DNA of 45,735 nucleotides from Octopus bimaculoides. Its lineage: Eukaryota. The first letter of the stretch is position 1. Each line of letters opens with the position of its first letter. A program made the position numbers and the translations under genes. Shown here piece by piece: positions 15,121 to 27,300 of this stretch. Below the pieces are notes generated by a model. It saw only the letters and a program-made list of their open reading frames with translations, searched no databases and was not told the DNA's origin. The stretch covers positions 98,594,160 to 98,639,894 of the forward strand of contig NC_068981.1 of the NCBI RefSeq assembly GCF_001194135.2. Direction: 5' to 3'.

Positions 15121-18100
15121 NNNNNNNNNNNNNNNNNNNNNNNNNNNNNNNNNNNNNNNNNNNNNNNNNNNNNNNNNNNNNNNNNNNNNNNNNNNNNNNN
15201 NNNNNNNNNNNNNNNNNNNNNNNNNNNNNNNNNNNNNNNNNNNNNNNNACATACATACATATATACACAAGGGCACATGGTTTAGTGGATAGGGGGTTGT
15301 ACTCACAATCATGAAATCATGATTTTAATTCCTAGACCGGGTGTTATGTTGTGCTCTTGAGCAAAACACTTTATCTCATGTTGCTCTGAGATCACTTCAA
15401 CACTTGACAGTGCACCTGTTCAAACAACATCATTTGGATGGAGAGAGTGAGATAATGTGAGGCACAAACATTTGATCACTACAAACAAATCATTTGTGCA
15501 GGCTGTTTGGCAAAAGCTGAATGCTTACACATTGTCTCCAACAAGAGAGTTCATCATATACATATATATAAAAGATAGATCACTGACCACAACATTCAAA
15601 TTTTTTTTCTCCGTGTTTTTCTCCTTATTCTTTCTGTTGACGAGCGTAGCTTGAAACGTTAAAGACTTTCTCTATTCCCGAGCGTTAAACTAATACATCC
15701 TTTTGTTGTTTACACCACCTGTCCTCATCTGTTGTTGTTTTTTTCGTAAATTCTCCTATATATATAATATATATTTACGTATAAACATATACACACAGAT
15801 TAAAGAATCTGACGAAGACAGGGACTTGCTTTTGCAAGCATTATTTAATGGTAACACAGGGAACACTTCCAGAGTCAGTAACTTTATTAGTTTGAAGTAA
15901 GTGCAAAGACAGGTACTGTACTACCACTAACTACAGTCTTAAATTCATCCAGTGCTGTGCTGGTGATCAACACAGATAGCCTTTCTTGTGCCAGCTTGCT
16001 AGATTTCAGTCCTGGGTGAAAGTGATAGGAAGGGGTCTAACTTAACACTTAGTAGAGATTTTAGCTTAGCCGATAGTGATAGAGGGAGTATCCAACTGTA
16101 CAAATAATTACTTCAAACAAATAGGTTCTAAAATGTCAAAACAGTGGAAACAAAAAGCCTAGAATGACTGTGCCCAGTGTGTAACCATTGTGTAACGTAT
16201 CGAATCCTTTTGATACCAATCCACCTTAGTCCTAAGATACAAACTTTTTGTTTCAAAGTGATCTGAATTAAAACCTTCCATTAAAATTTCATGTTAATTT
16301 ATGTTCCAAATGCTGGCTTCATGATGAAAAAGTTATTTTAATAAATTCTTCGTTATTTTCAAAATTAATTGAAACAAGTGTAATGTATAACAACAGAAAT
16401 ATGATGACAAAAGGGTGAATTAAGTCAGTCATGAGAAAAAGTTCCATGCTAGAAAACACAGTTCATACCATTTTTTAATTTGTTCTTCTTTTGTAGTTTT
16501 CTCTTTGTCTAACATACTGATCTGAGTCTGTACAGTAGAATGTTGATGCAGCTTTTTTAGAAGACCACTGAAAAGAGATACTGAAAACATCAGAATTTAA
16601 CAAATTAATGACAATAACAATTATATGGTTAGAAGTGATACCTCATCATCATTTAATGTCTATCTTCTCTGCTGGCATGGGTTGGACACTTTGACAAGAG
16701 ATAGGCAAGCTAGATTTCATTGTCTGCTTTGGTATGGTTTCTACAGCTGGATGCCCTTTCTAATGCCCATCACTTTGTAGAGTGTACTGGATGCTTTTTA
16801 TGTGGCACCAGCACTGGTGCTTTTGACGTAGCACCATCACCAGCAGGGTTGCCAAAAATCTTGCAAAACAAAGACTTCTCAGCTGGGAGAGGGAGTGGAT
16901 TTGAGGGTGGTGGCTTTTTGCCAGTTGAGAGATTGAAGCATAATAAAAGGATAGATATGTGTCTTTCTATAGAGGAGATACTTGGCCACCCCAGTAGGAA
17001 AAGAAAGGCGAAAGGAGGAGGATGTTCCATAAGAGTTTAAGGGGAGATGTTTAGAGAAGGGAAGAGGTGACTGTAGTAAGTAATGGTGAGGAAAATTGGA
17101 GTGTGTGTAGGTAAGCATGTTAGGAATAGTGGAGGGGCCTGCAGCAGGTGGTGATCATGAGTGGTGGGTACTCCACACTCCAAAATTAAATGCTGTTTAC
17201 TAAGGGCTAATTTTGACCTAAACACATACTTAAAATAGTTAATCAAAAGGAAGGCGTGGAGGGAATTAACAAATTTAATTGCCAAAAGTGCATGGGAATT
17301 TGGCTAAATGTCTTCTACAATAGTCATGGGCCAACCAAAGCCTAGTGAGTGGATCTGGTAGATGGAGATTGTGTGAAAGCCCAGTGTGTACATTACTATC
17401 TCCTTGTCATGACATTACATGATAGTTGTAAGAGGGTATCACTGTCATGCAAGTATTGTCCTTCATTTTTAATCTTCTGAGATATATCTGGTCATGGAAA
17501 AATATTACCTGTTACCAACCCTCACCTAAGGGTTGGTGACAAGAAGGGCGTCCAGCTGTAGAAAATCTGCCTCAATAAATTCTGTCTAACCCATGCAATG
17601 AGAAATGGCTGTTAAATGACAATGATGAACGATGATGACATAGTTATTAGTAAATATAAATAGGTAGTCTTCAATGACACATCAGTGCTACTGCTGCTAA
17701 CAAAAACTATATGCAATCACTACTGAACCCCCAAAAATGACAGAAATCACATGCCACATATTCTACACAACAAACAGATGAAACACTCAAGTAAACTAGA
17801 AACACTACAATTATACAAGAGAGTATACAAACAGCAATTCTACTCTCTTAAAAGACAATGCTGCACACACCTCAGGAATGTGAAAGTATACTGGATACGG
17901 CAGTAGAAGTTCATATGAAACTGTTGAACAACAACAATAATAATCTTTTCTACAATAGGTACACTCACACACAAATCCATGTGAGATTGCATGCTCATTT
18001 GTACCTTTCACTTTATTTTGAAGAAGATGTAAACAACAGCCCAAAAGATGAAGAAAAAAAATCAGTGCTCTTAAAAGTTTACCAAGTTTACCTTGCCACT

Positions 18101-21100
18101 ATTACTTTCAGTGAACAAACCACTAATTGGCAAATTGGAAATTTGTAACCAATGATGATATTATTTGAGAATTGCAATATCACAAAATTAAATTAAATAA
18201 TTACATACTCAAGTTCATCAAATTGTTCCTCCAGAGTTTTCTTCTCCTGAGACATATTCTGAATTTCTTTCTTTAGTTCAGCAACATTGATGGATTCCTC
18301 AGTAGCTTTCAATGATTTCTCCTTTATTAACACAACAGAACAGAAATGCATTATTGAAATACTAATCAGATAAAGTAATACATTTTACAATATATTATGT
18401 AAAGCTTAAACAATACTTGCTTCTAAGCTGTGCCAACGTCGTCTCCTTCATGGGACATGAAACTCAGCTTGCGAAAACTTATTGGGGCAAGCGAAAGCGA
18501 AATCGGGATAGCACCTGTGCCCAGCGTCGCCTTTCTGGCACTTGTGCCCGTGACATGTGTAAGGATTTTCGAGCGAGATCGTTGCCAGTGCCACTGGACT
18601 GGCTCTTGTGCAGGTGGCACATAAAATACACCATTTTGAGCGTGGCCGTTGCCAGTACCGCCTGACTGGCCTTTGTGCAGGTGACACGTAAAAGCACCCA
18701 CTACACTCTCGGAGTGGTTGGCGTTAGGAAGGGCATCCAGCTGTAGAAACTCTGCCAAATCTGATTGGAGCCTGGTGTAGCCATCTGGCTTCACCAGTCC
18801 CTCAGTCAAATCGTCCAACCCATGCTAGCATGGAAAGCGGACGTTAAACGATGATGATGATGATGATGATGATGAAGCTGAAGAATCATTAGTCATCTTT
18901 TTGCTGGCATGAATTATAGAGGCTTTCTATGGCAGTATTTTACAGCCAGATACCCTTTCTGATGCCAACCCTTTTAGTTACCTCTTACAACTAACCAGGG
19001 TACAGTGTACCTGTTCTAAGACCTAATTTTTAATATAGGACAGTCAGAAATTTGTGGGAAGGCACAAATACAGCTGTGTGATTATGAAGTTTGCTTTTCA
19101 AACATACGGTTTTGGGTTCAGTCTTACTGCGTGGTACCTTAGGCAAGTGTCTTCTACTATGGCCCGAGGCTGACCAAAGCCTTATAAATAGATCTGGTAA
19201 AAGGAAACTGAAAGAATCCACTCATATATTGTAATGTTTATGTTAGAATTGCAAAGTTGCATAGTAGTAAGACATGAGCCTTGAATGTAAAGGATTTGAA
19301 AAGACTAGAAAGAAATTATGTTAGCATGTTCTACTGGATATTTAACGTTAAGTGTGGATGAATGACAAAGCACAAATATGTTGAGAGAAAAATTAATAAG
19401 AAGAATCAAATGTAGTATGCAAGAAGAAGACTGTGATGCATATGGATGAGGACAGCTGTATAAAGTGCTGACACAACAAAAAAAAGGTAACATAATTGAG
19501 CCTTAAATCTTAGATCAATACCATGTTGCTTAGGCTGGCCAGGGTCAAAATCCCACATTATTAATATTGGCGTAATGACCCTCTGTAGACACAACAAAAA
19601 AAATGGAAACATATTTGAGCCTTAAATCTTTGATCAACATCATGTCCTTTTGACTGTTCAGGGTCAAAATCCCCATGTTATTAATATTGGTGTAATGACT
19701 CTCCTTAAATACAACAAAAAAAGGGAAACATATTTGAACCTTAAATCTTAGATCATGTCCCTTAGGCTGGCCAGGGTCAAAATCCCAGGTGAATGATTCT
19801 TTCATTGGTTACATTTGATCAGGTCAAGTGAGGCTTAGTAATGCAATATCACCTAATGATCTTGATCCTTTAGTTTAACAACCTCTCAAAAAGGGGACAA
19901 GCATAGCCCTATTGCTGCAAAATTTATAATAAAATTAAGAAAGAAAATTAAAGTTGTAATGTAGCTTACAGCAGACTTCAAATCAGCAGAGATTTCATCA
20001 AGGTATTTGGCAGAACTTTCCATTTGTTGCAGGGCATACTCACATTTTTGAATTTCTGCTATGTTCTTTTTCTGGAAATAAAACATGCACATTTGTCAGA
20101 ACTCATCTACATACCAGCAAGGCTGCAGCAGAATGACTGTAACATAAACTCTCATCATCATTTAAAGTCTATTTTCCATGCTGGCATGGGCTAGACCAGT
20201 GGTTCTCAAGAGGGCTCCATGTGACCCTGGGGAGGGTGGTGGTGGCTATAAGATTTGTTAAAATATTTTGTGTATTGTAGAAGCATAATCAATTTATTAC
20301 ACATAATTCTTAATTTTTTTTATAGAATTCTTAATATTCAATTATAAAAATACAGGAAGATGTTTTTTTTATACACATCAAATGGCTATGGAAGTCCATT
20401 AGCATAAAATAAGAATCAAAGGGGTCCATAGGGAAATATGGTTGAGAACCACTGGGTTAGAGGATTCATCAGGAGCTGGTGTGCCAGACGACTGTACCAA
20501 ACACTCCAATGTCTGCTTTGACATGGTTTCTAAGGTTGAATGCTCTTCTTTTGTCAACCACTGAACAAGGTGCTATTTATGTGAAGTCACTCACTGAGTT
20601 GCAAGACAAGAACTCCTTGACTGAAGGAGGAACAGTAGTATCGAATTAGGTGGCTATTGCTAGGTGATGAGAGACCAACGCATGATAGATGGACAGGAAC
20701 AGGTGTCTTGAAGTAGGAAGACAGATATATACAGGTGTTTTGATGTAGGAAGACAGTTACCCCAGTTGGAAAAGAAAGAAAACAGTGGTAAAGATGTGTC
20801 AGGGTGCCCCTTCAAGTTACAAGAAGGGGAATATAGGAAAGTGAACAACAATAAAACAATAACTAAGTCAACATATTTCTTACCGTTATTTCTTCTTCCA
20901 TCTTAATTCTCTGTTCAAGTTGAACCTTTTTTTCTTTAACTCCATCCATTTCTTGCTGTATACGTTGCTCATTCTCTTCAAATCTTTTCTATTTGAAGAA
21001 TTAACACGTTTTAATTGGAGGTAGGGGAGAAAACAAAAACAAAAAAAAAACCCAGGAATTTTATCAGTTTAGCCCTAGCATTTTAATTTATCTTGAGTAG

Positions 21101-24100
21101 TCAATAAATAAAATACACCCAAAATCTCAGCTTTATGTAATTTAACCCTCTAGCATTCAAACTGGTCTTATCCAAGCATAAATATTCTACTAGTTTTGTG
21201 TTAAAATTGGCCAGAGCTGGCCTCTCACACCTATCCTACATCATTCTAAAAATAAGCAATCACACTATGAAAATCTCTTGTTGACTTTGAGCTTCACCTA
21301 CCCATTGATGGGATGTTAACAGACTCAACTTCAACAAAGAGCTAACTTTCTACTTTACATCTTTTTCAAGTATAATAAAAAAAAGAAACACACTTCTGTC
21401 AATAAAAAGAACAATTAAAAAAGTTCATTCTGTGAGCACAACATAATAGTTGTAAGAGTTGGACTCAGTTTTGACAATGTTGATATCGTTTAACACCAAG
21501 TTTCACCCTCATTAAACTTATCAAAGGTCTTCTGACCATGACCATCCTGTCTTTTCCCAGTCATAGTGTATACATAACAGATTAGTACAGATAAGATACA
21601 TTAGCACAGAGAGGCCAATATCTAGATCAAATCCATGAGTACATAGGTCAGTAGTTCTTAAAACTTCATGACTTAAAGGCTCACTGGAGATCAAATATGA
21701 CAAAATTACGAATGCAATTCATATAGAAAGTATGAAGTAAAAGCAACTTGAAATTAAAAATTTAGAAAAAATAACGAAAATTACTGCTTACCTTATATTA
21801 TAATAACCTACTTGTGAAGAGCAAAATTATGAATAACAAGTTTTCTGAAACACTCTGGTATTAGTATGGCAATTCTAAAGCTTTGACCTTCTGAACCTAC
21901 AAGTATGCTTTAGCAGGTATGATTTCATTTGACTATACACCCCTGGGAAAGGCAGTGAGCTGCTAGAATTATTAGCACACTGGGCAAAATGCTTAGCAGC
22001 ATTTTGTCCAACTTTACGTTCTGAGTTCAAATTCCACTGAGGTTAACTTTGCCTTTCACGCTTTCAGGGTTGATGAAATAAGTGCCAGTTGAGCACTAAG
22101 ATCGATGTAATCAACTAGCCCCTCCCCCAAATTTGTAGAAAAGATTATTATACTCTTGGAAGATGCAAAAAGAAGGTGGCCACATGGTTTTGTCATTACA
22201 GCTAACCATTTGACAGAAACAGTGTTATTTTCAGCTACAAACACAAAACTATATTGCCAGTCACTTTTGCATCTTCTAAGAGTATAGTCAAATGGAATCA
22301 CACCTGCTAAAGCGTATTTGCAGATTTAAAGGATTAAATAGCATTATTTAAAATCTGCAGTGTATCTAGATGCCCTCTCAATGAATAAGCACATCACAAT
22401 GGACCATACGAAAACCACTGACTAAGGTCATATACGTGAGTACAAAGCTCAGTATCTAGGGTCAGATATGTCAGAACTCACAACTAGCTGATAGAGGTCA
22501 AAATCATTGAACAAAGCACACATGAATACACAAAAATATACAATGAATACATACCTTTTCTATTTTGATATCAGACATCAATTGTTGATGGGTGTTATTT
22601 AACTTCTCTATAAAACATTTTGTGGTCTTGTTGTCAATGGTATTCTTATCAAAGTCTGAAAGAATTTAACAACAGTATTTGTTCATTTGTTTTAAGCTTG
22701 TTTTATATGGGCATGGGTTGGAAGGAGATTTATTAAGGCAGTACTTTACAGCTGACTAAGGTCATACACGTGAGTACAAAGCTCAAAGCCACAGGAAGTA
22801 GTGTTTGCAGGGAATATAAAGACAAAATCACCATTTTGCACAAGTGGTGTCATGCAAAATGGAATATAAACACACACACACACACAATTGCTGATACAGT
22901 TTCTGCTAAGTAGTTTATATGCAAGAGACAATACAAAATACATAACTTGGCATAACTAAAATAAATTCAGTTGACTAATGTTAAAGCAAATTTGTGATCT
23001 TACCAACATCATCATCATCATCATAACTGCAGTGACGGCAGCGAGGAGGAGGATATTATTAATTAATTCTGCTTGATAACAGCTGAGTGAAATAAAAGGC
23101 AGGTAGGTCTCTAACTAAAAAATACATCCCTAGCAAGACTCAGAACTCTACTTCATCCAGTCACTGAGCAAGCATAATAAAACAAACAGGCAGTGTTCTT
23201 AGAGTATCAGACTAAATGCCTAGTGGGTATTTGTTCCAGCTCTGTGCATTCTAACATCAAATCCTACTGATGTCAACTTTATTTCCATCCTTTCAGGATC
23301 ACTAAGTACCATTCCATGGCAGTGGTTTTCATGGAATCACGAGAACATTAAATGGAATGCTTTGCTGCATCTAATCCAGCTCTGTACTTTCTGCGTCCAA
23401 AATTTCTGCCTAGAATACCATTATAAAGAATAACCTCTTCCAGGTGAACTTGTAGCAAGAGTCGAATCCAAGTCACAACATTATGGAGTCAATAAAAAAT
23501 GTATTAGTTGAGAACTAGAGTCAATGTGATCAACTGGTCCTATCCCAATAAAATTTCAAGCCTTGTACCCATAGGTGAAAAAATTATTATAATTATTAAG
23601 GTGATGAGCTGGCAGAATTGTTAGCATGCTGGACAAAATGTTTAGCAGCATTTCTTCCACCTTTACATTTTGAGTTCAAATCCCACTAAGGTTGACTTGG
23701 CCTTTCGTCCTTTCAGGGTCAATGAAATAAGTACTAGTTGAGAACTAGAGTTAATGTAATTAACTAGCCCCCTCTCTTCAAATTTCAGGCCTTGTACCTA
23801 TATTAGAAAGAATTATTATCATTACTGAAGACAGTGAGCTAACAAAATTGTTAGCATGTCAAACAAAATATTTAGAGGTTTTCTTCCAGCTCCTTACATT
23901 CTGAATTCAAATTCTTCTGAGGCCAACTTTGTCGCTAATCCTTTTTGGACCAATAAAATAAAATACCAGTCAAGTACCAGAGACAATGTAATTAACTTGC
24001 CCTCTCTTCCCAAAATTGCTGGCCATCCCCTCCCATGTCCCCAACATCTCTCTCTCAGCTGAGAGATCCTAGTCTGGAGGGCTCATCAGCACAGGTACCA

Positions 24101-24316
24101 CATAAAAGCACCTGTGCCAGTGCTACATAATAACACTCATGCCAGTGCCACATAAAAAGCACCCAGCACACACTGTAAAGTGGTTGGTATTAGGAAAGGC
24201 ATCCAGCCTTAGATCATCCAAAACAGACAAATGTCTCCAGGGCATCTCTCCAGCTGGCCAACTCCTGTCAAACCATCCAACCCATGTTAGCATGGAGAAT
24301 GGATGTTAACTGAAGG

Positions 24317-24347
<31 letters not shown>

Positions 24348-27300
24348 GTGTGCCGACAAACTGGAAAAATCAATAACAACAGTACTAATTATTATTTTAT
24401 AAATTATCAAAATAAAAATGTCTGAGTGCAATAATGATTTCCAACAAAGGACAAGACCATATATTTAAGGAAGAGAGGACAGATGATTATATTAATCTCA
24501 ATTTTACAGATATTCTTTTACTTGTTTCAGTCATTTGACTGCAGCCATGCTGGAGCACCGCCATTAGTCGAACAAATCAACCCCAGGACTTATTCTTTGT
24601 AAGCCTAGTACTTATTCTATCAGTCTCTTTTGCCGAACCGCTAAGTTACGGGGACGTGAACATACCAACAACGGTTGTCAAGTGATGGTGGGGGGACAGA
24701 CACAAACACACACACACACACATATATATATACAACGGGCTTCTTTCAGTTTCTGTCTACCAAATCCACTCACAAGGCTTTGGTCGGCCCGAGGCTATAG
24801 TAGAAGACACTTGCCCAAGGTGCCATGCAGAGGGACTGAACCTGGAACCATGTGGTTGGTAAACAAGCTACTTACCACACAGCCACTATTGCACCTATAC
24901 TTCATTTTGGCTTGTTTTTTTTTACTCTACAAGAATGAACAGCAAAGTTAATTTTGGCGGGATCAGAACTCAAAACATTAAAACCAGGGACAAATGCAGC
25001 AAGGCATTTTGTCCATCACTCTGTCTCTTTCTTTGCTTATCTGTTTCTTCAAATTCATCTCCTGCTTATTTATGTCCCATATTTAAAGACATGGTCTAAC
25101 AGCTGCACTAGTAATAGCGCTTAGTAGATACATGTTTTGCAACTCAACATACAACAATAAAAATTTCTAACTCCCACTATTAGCATGAGGTAAGGATTGT
25201 GTGGTAAGAAGTTGCTTCTTAACATGGTTCCAGATTCAGTCTCACTGCACAACATTTTGGGCAAGTGTCTTCTACTATAGCCTCAGACCAACCAAAGCCT
25301 TATGAGTGGATTTGGTAGATGGAAACTGAAAGAAGCCCTGTGTGTGTGTGTGTCTGTCTGTGTTTATTCCCAGTAACTTAGCAGTTTAGCAAAAAGGGAA
25401 CCAATAGAATAAGTACTAGGCTTCAAAAAATTTGTCCTAGGGTCAATTTGTTCAACTAAAACCCCTCGGGACAATGCCAATTTTTTTTTGTATTCCAATA
25501 TGGTAAAAATGAATGTGAAGCAAATAGAAGGAAAAATGTTCTCACCATCAATGTTATATTTTGTAGCCAGTTGCATGACCAAATCTGTACGGCTTTGTAT
25601 ATTTTCTTCATTGTTCTGAAATAGCAAGATTGATAAAAAAACAAAACAAAAACAAATATAACAATGGTTTCTGATTTAGGCTCAAGGCCAGCAACTTTAA
25701 GGAGTAGTGGTTGGTTGATATCATCAACACAAGTATTTGACTGTTACTTATTTTATTGACTAGGTGTAGGGAGGTAAAGCAAAATTGACTGCGACAGGAT
25801 TTCAATGCAGATTGTAAAGAGCCAGGACAAATACTACAAAGCATTTTCTTTGTAGTATTTGAGGTAGTGAGTTTGATTCCCAGACTAGGCTGAGTATTGT
25901 GTTCTTGAGCAAGACACTTTATTTTATGTTGCTCCAGTTCACTACATATAAAGCACATACAAACCAAAAGGAAGCTGCTACATGGTCGTTCAACTTGCTA
26001 TATATAACAGCCAAATTCCCATCAAATCACTCACCACAAACGAAAAAAGGTCCCTATTTTAATGACTCATAAGACATGAGCAGCTAATACAAACACTATA
26101 AGAACTTGGGTGGGACATTGCATGAAGAGGAAATAATATTAGTTTCGAATTTTGGCACAAGGCCAACAATTTCGGGGGAAGGGTTATATTGATTACATCG
26201 ACCCCAGTGCTCAACTGGTACTTATTTTATCAATCCCAAAAGGATGAAAGGCAAAGTTGACCTCAGCAGAATTTGAACTCAGAACATGAATATGGATGAA
26301 ATACTGTTAAGCATTTTGCCTGGTATGCCAGTTCACCGCCCTATAAAGAGGAAATAATATTGATAATGTCTGCCTTAAAACTTACTGCAGCTTCTTGGTC
26401 CAGTTTGCCAACCTCCACCAACAAAATGGATTTTTCTTGTTCATAACCTTCATTCTCATTTGCAAGTTTGTCGAGTTTCTTATTAAACTGAAAAATATGA
26501 ACATTTTAAAAATAAGTTTTTATCATTCCTAATAACATTAACAAAGTGAAAAAAGTGCAAGGACTCAAACACAATTCACATGGCGCTTACCTTTCCTGTA
26601 TAGTGCTCACCACTATTATGATTTCATACACTGACACAAAGTTAGAAATTTGTAAAAGTGGGAAATGACGAAAGTGCATGCTTGGAACTAATTTATTTGG
26701 CCCAGGAGGGATGAAAGGCAAAGGTAGCCAGGGCAGGATTTGAATTCATAACATAAAAGAAGGGACCCTTCTCTATCTCTTGGCATGAAGTTGCACATTC
26801 TATTCCCAGCCTGGTGTTCATAGTTTTGCAACCTCACTGGTGCTGGTGGCACAAAAAAAGCACCTGGTACATGCTGTAAAGTAGAGGGTGTTAGGAAGTG
26901 CATCCAGCTGTAGAAACCATACCGAAGCAGACATTGAAGCATGATGCAGTATTTGGGCCCATCAGACCCTGTCAAACTGGCCAACTCATGCCAGTATGCA
27001 ATATAGACATTAACCCTTTAGCATTTAAATAGGTCACATCAAGTCAAAATAGTCTACCTGTTTTATGTTCAAACTGACCAGATCTGGCTTTTCAAACCAA
27101 CCTTACAATATCATTCTAAAAATGAACGGTTACCTCATCAAAGCTGGAAAATAACGTATGATTAATTCAAAATAATGTGAATAAACAAGCATTACTTTTG
27201 ACAGAATAATGTAAATTTCAAAGGGTTAAACAATGATTAAAATGATGATGATAATGATGATTTATTCCAGCACTCTTATATCTCCTGGACTTGACTGCTA

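Noticed and set aside
15011-15312. ORFs spanning the N gap, and YIYI/THTH ORFs at 45273-45596 and 10881-11205
   Set aside because: Artefacts of Ns and dinucleotide microsatellites; only the exon part of 10881-11063 is coding.
18423-18818. Recurring ORF ...[25 protein letters not shown]... (also 28405-28614, 38229-38597, 40574-40816) as a small protein family
   Set aside because: It is the antisense reading of the RTE 3' UTR; starts and lengths vary, and older copies have stops.
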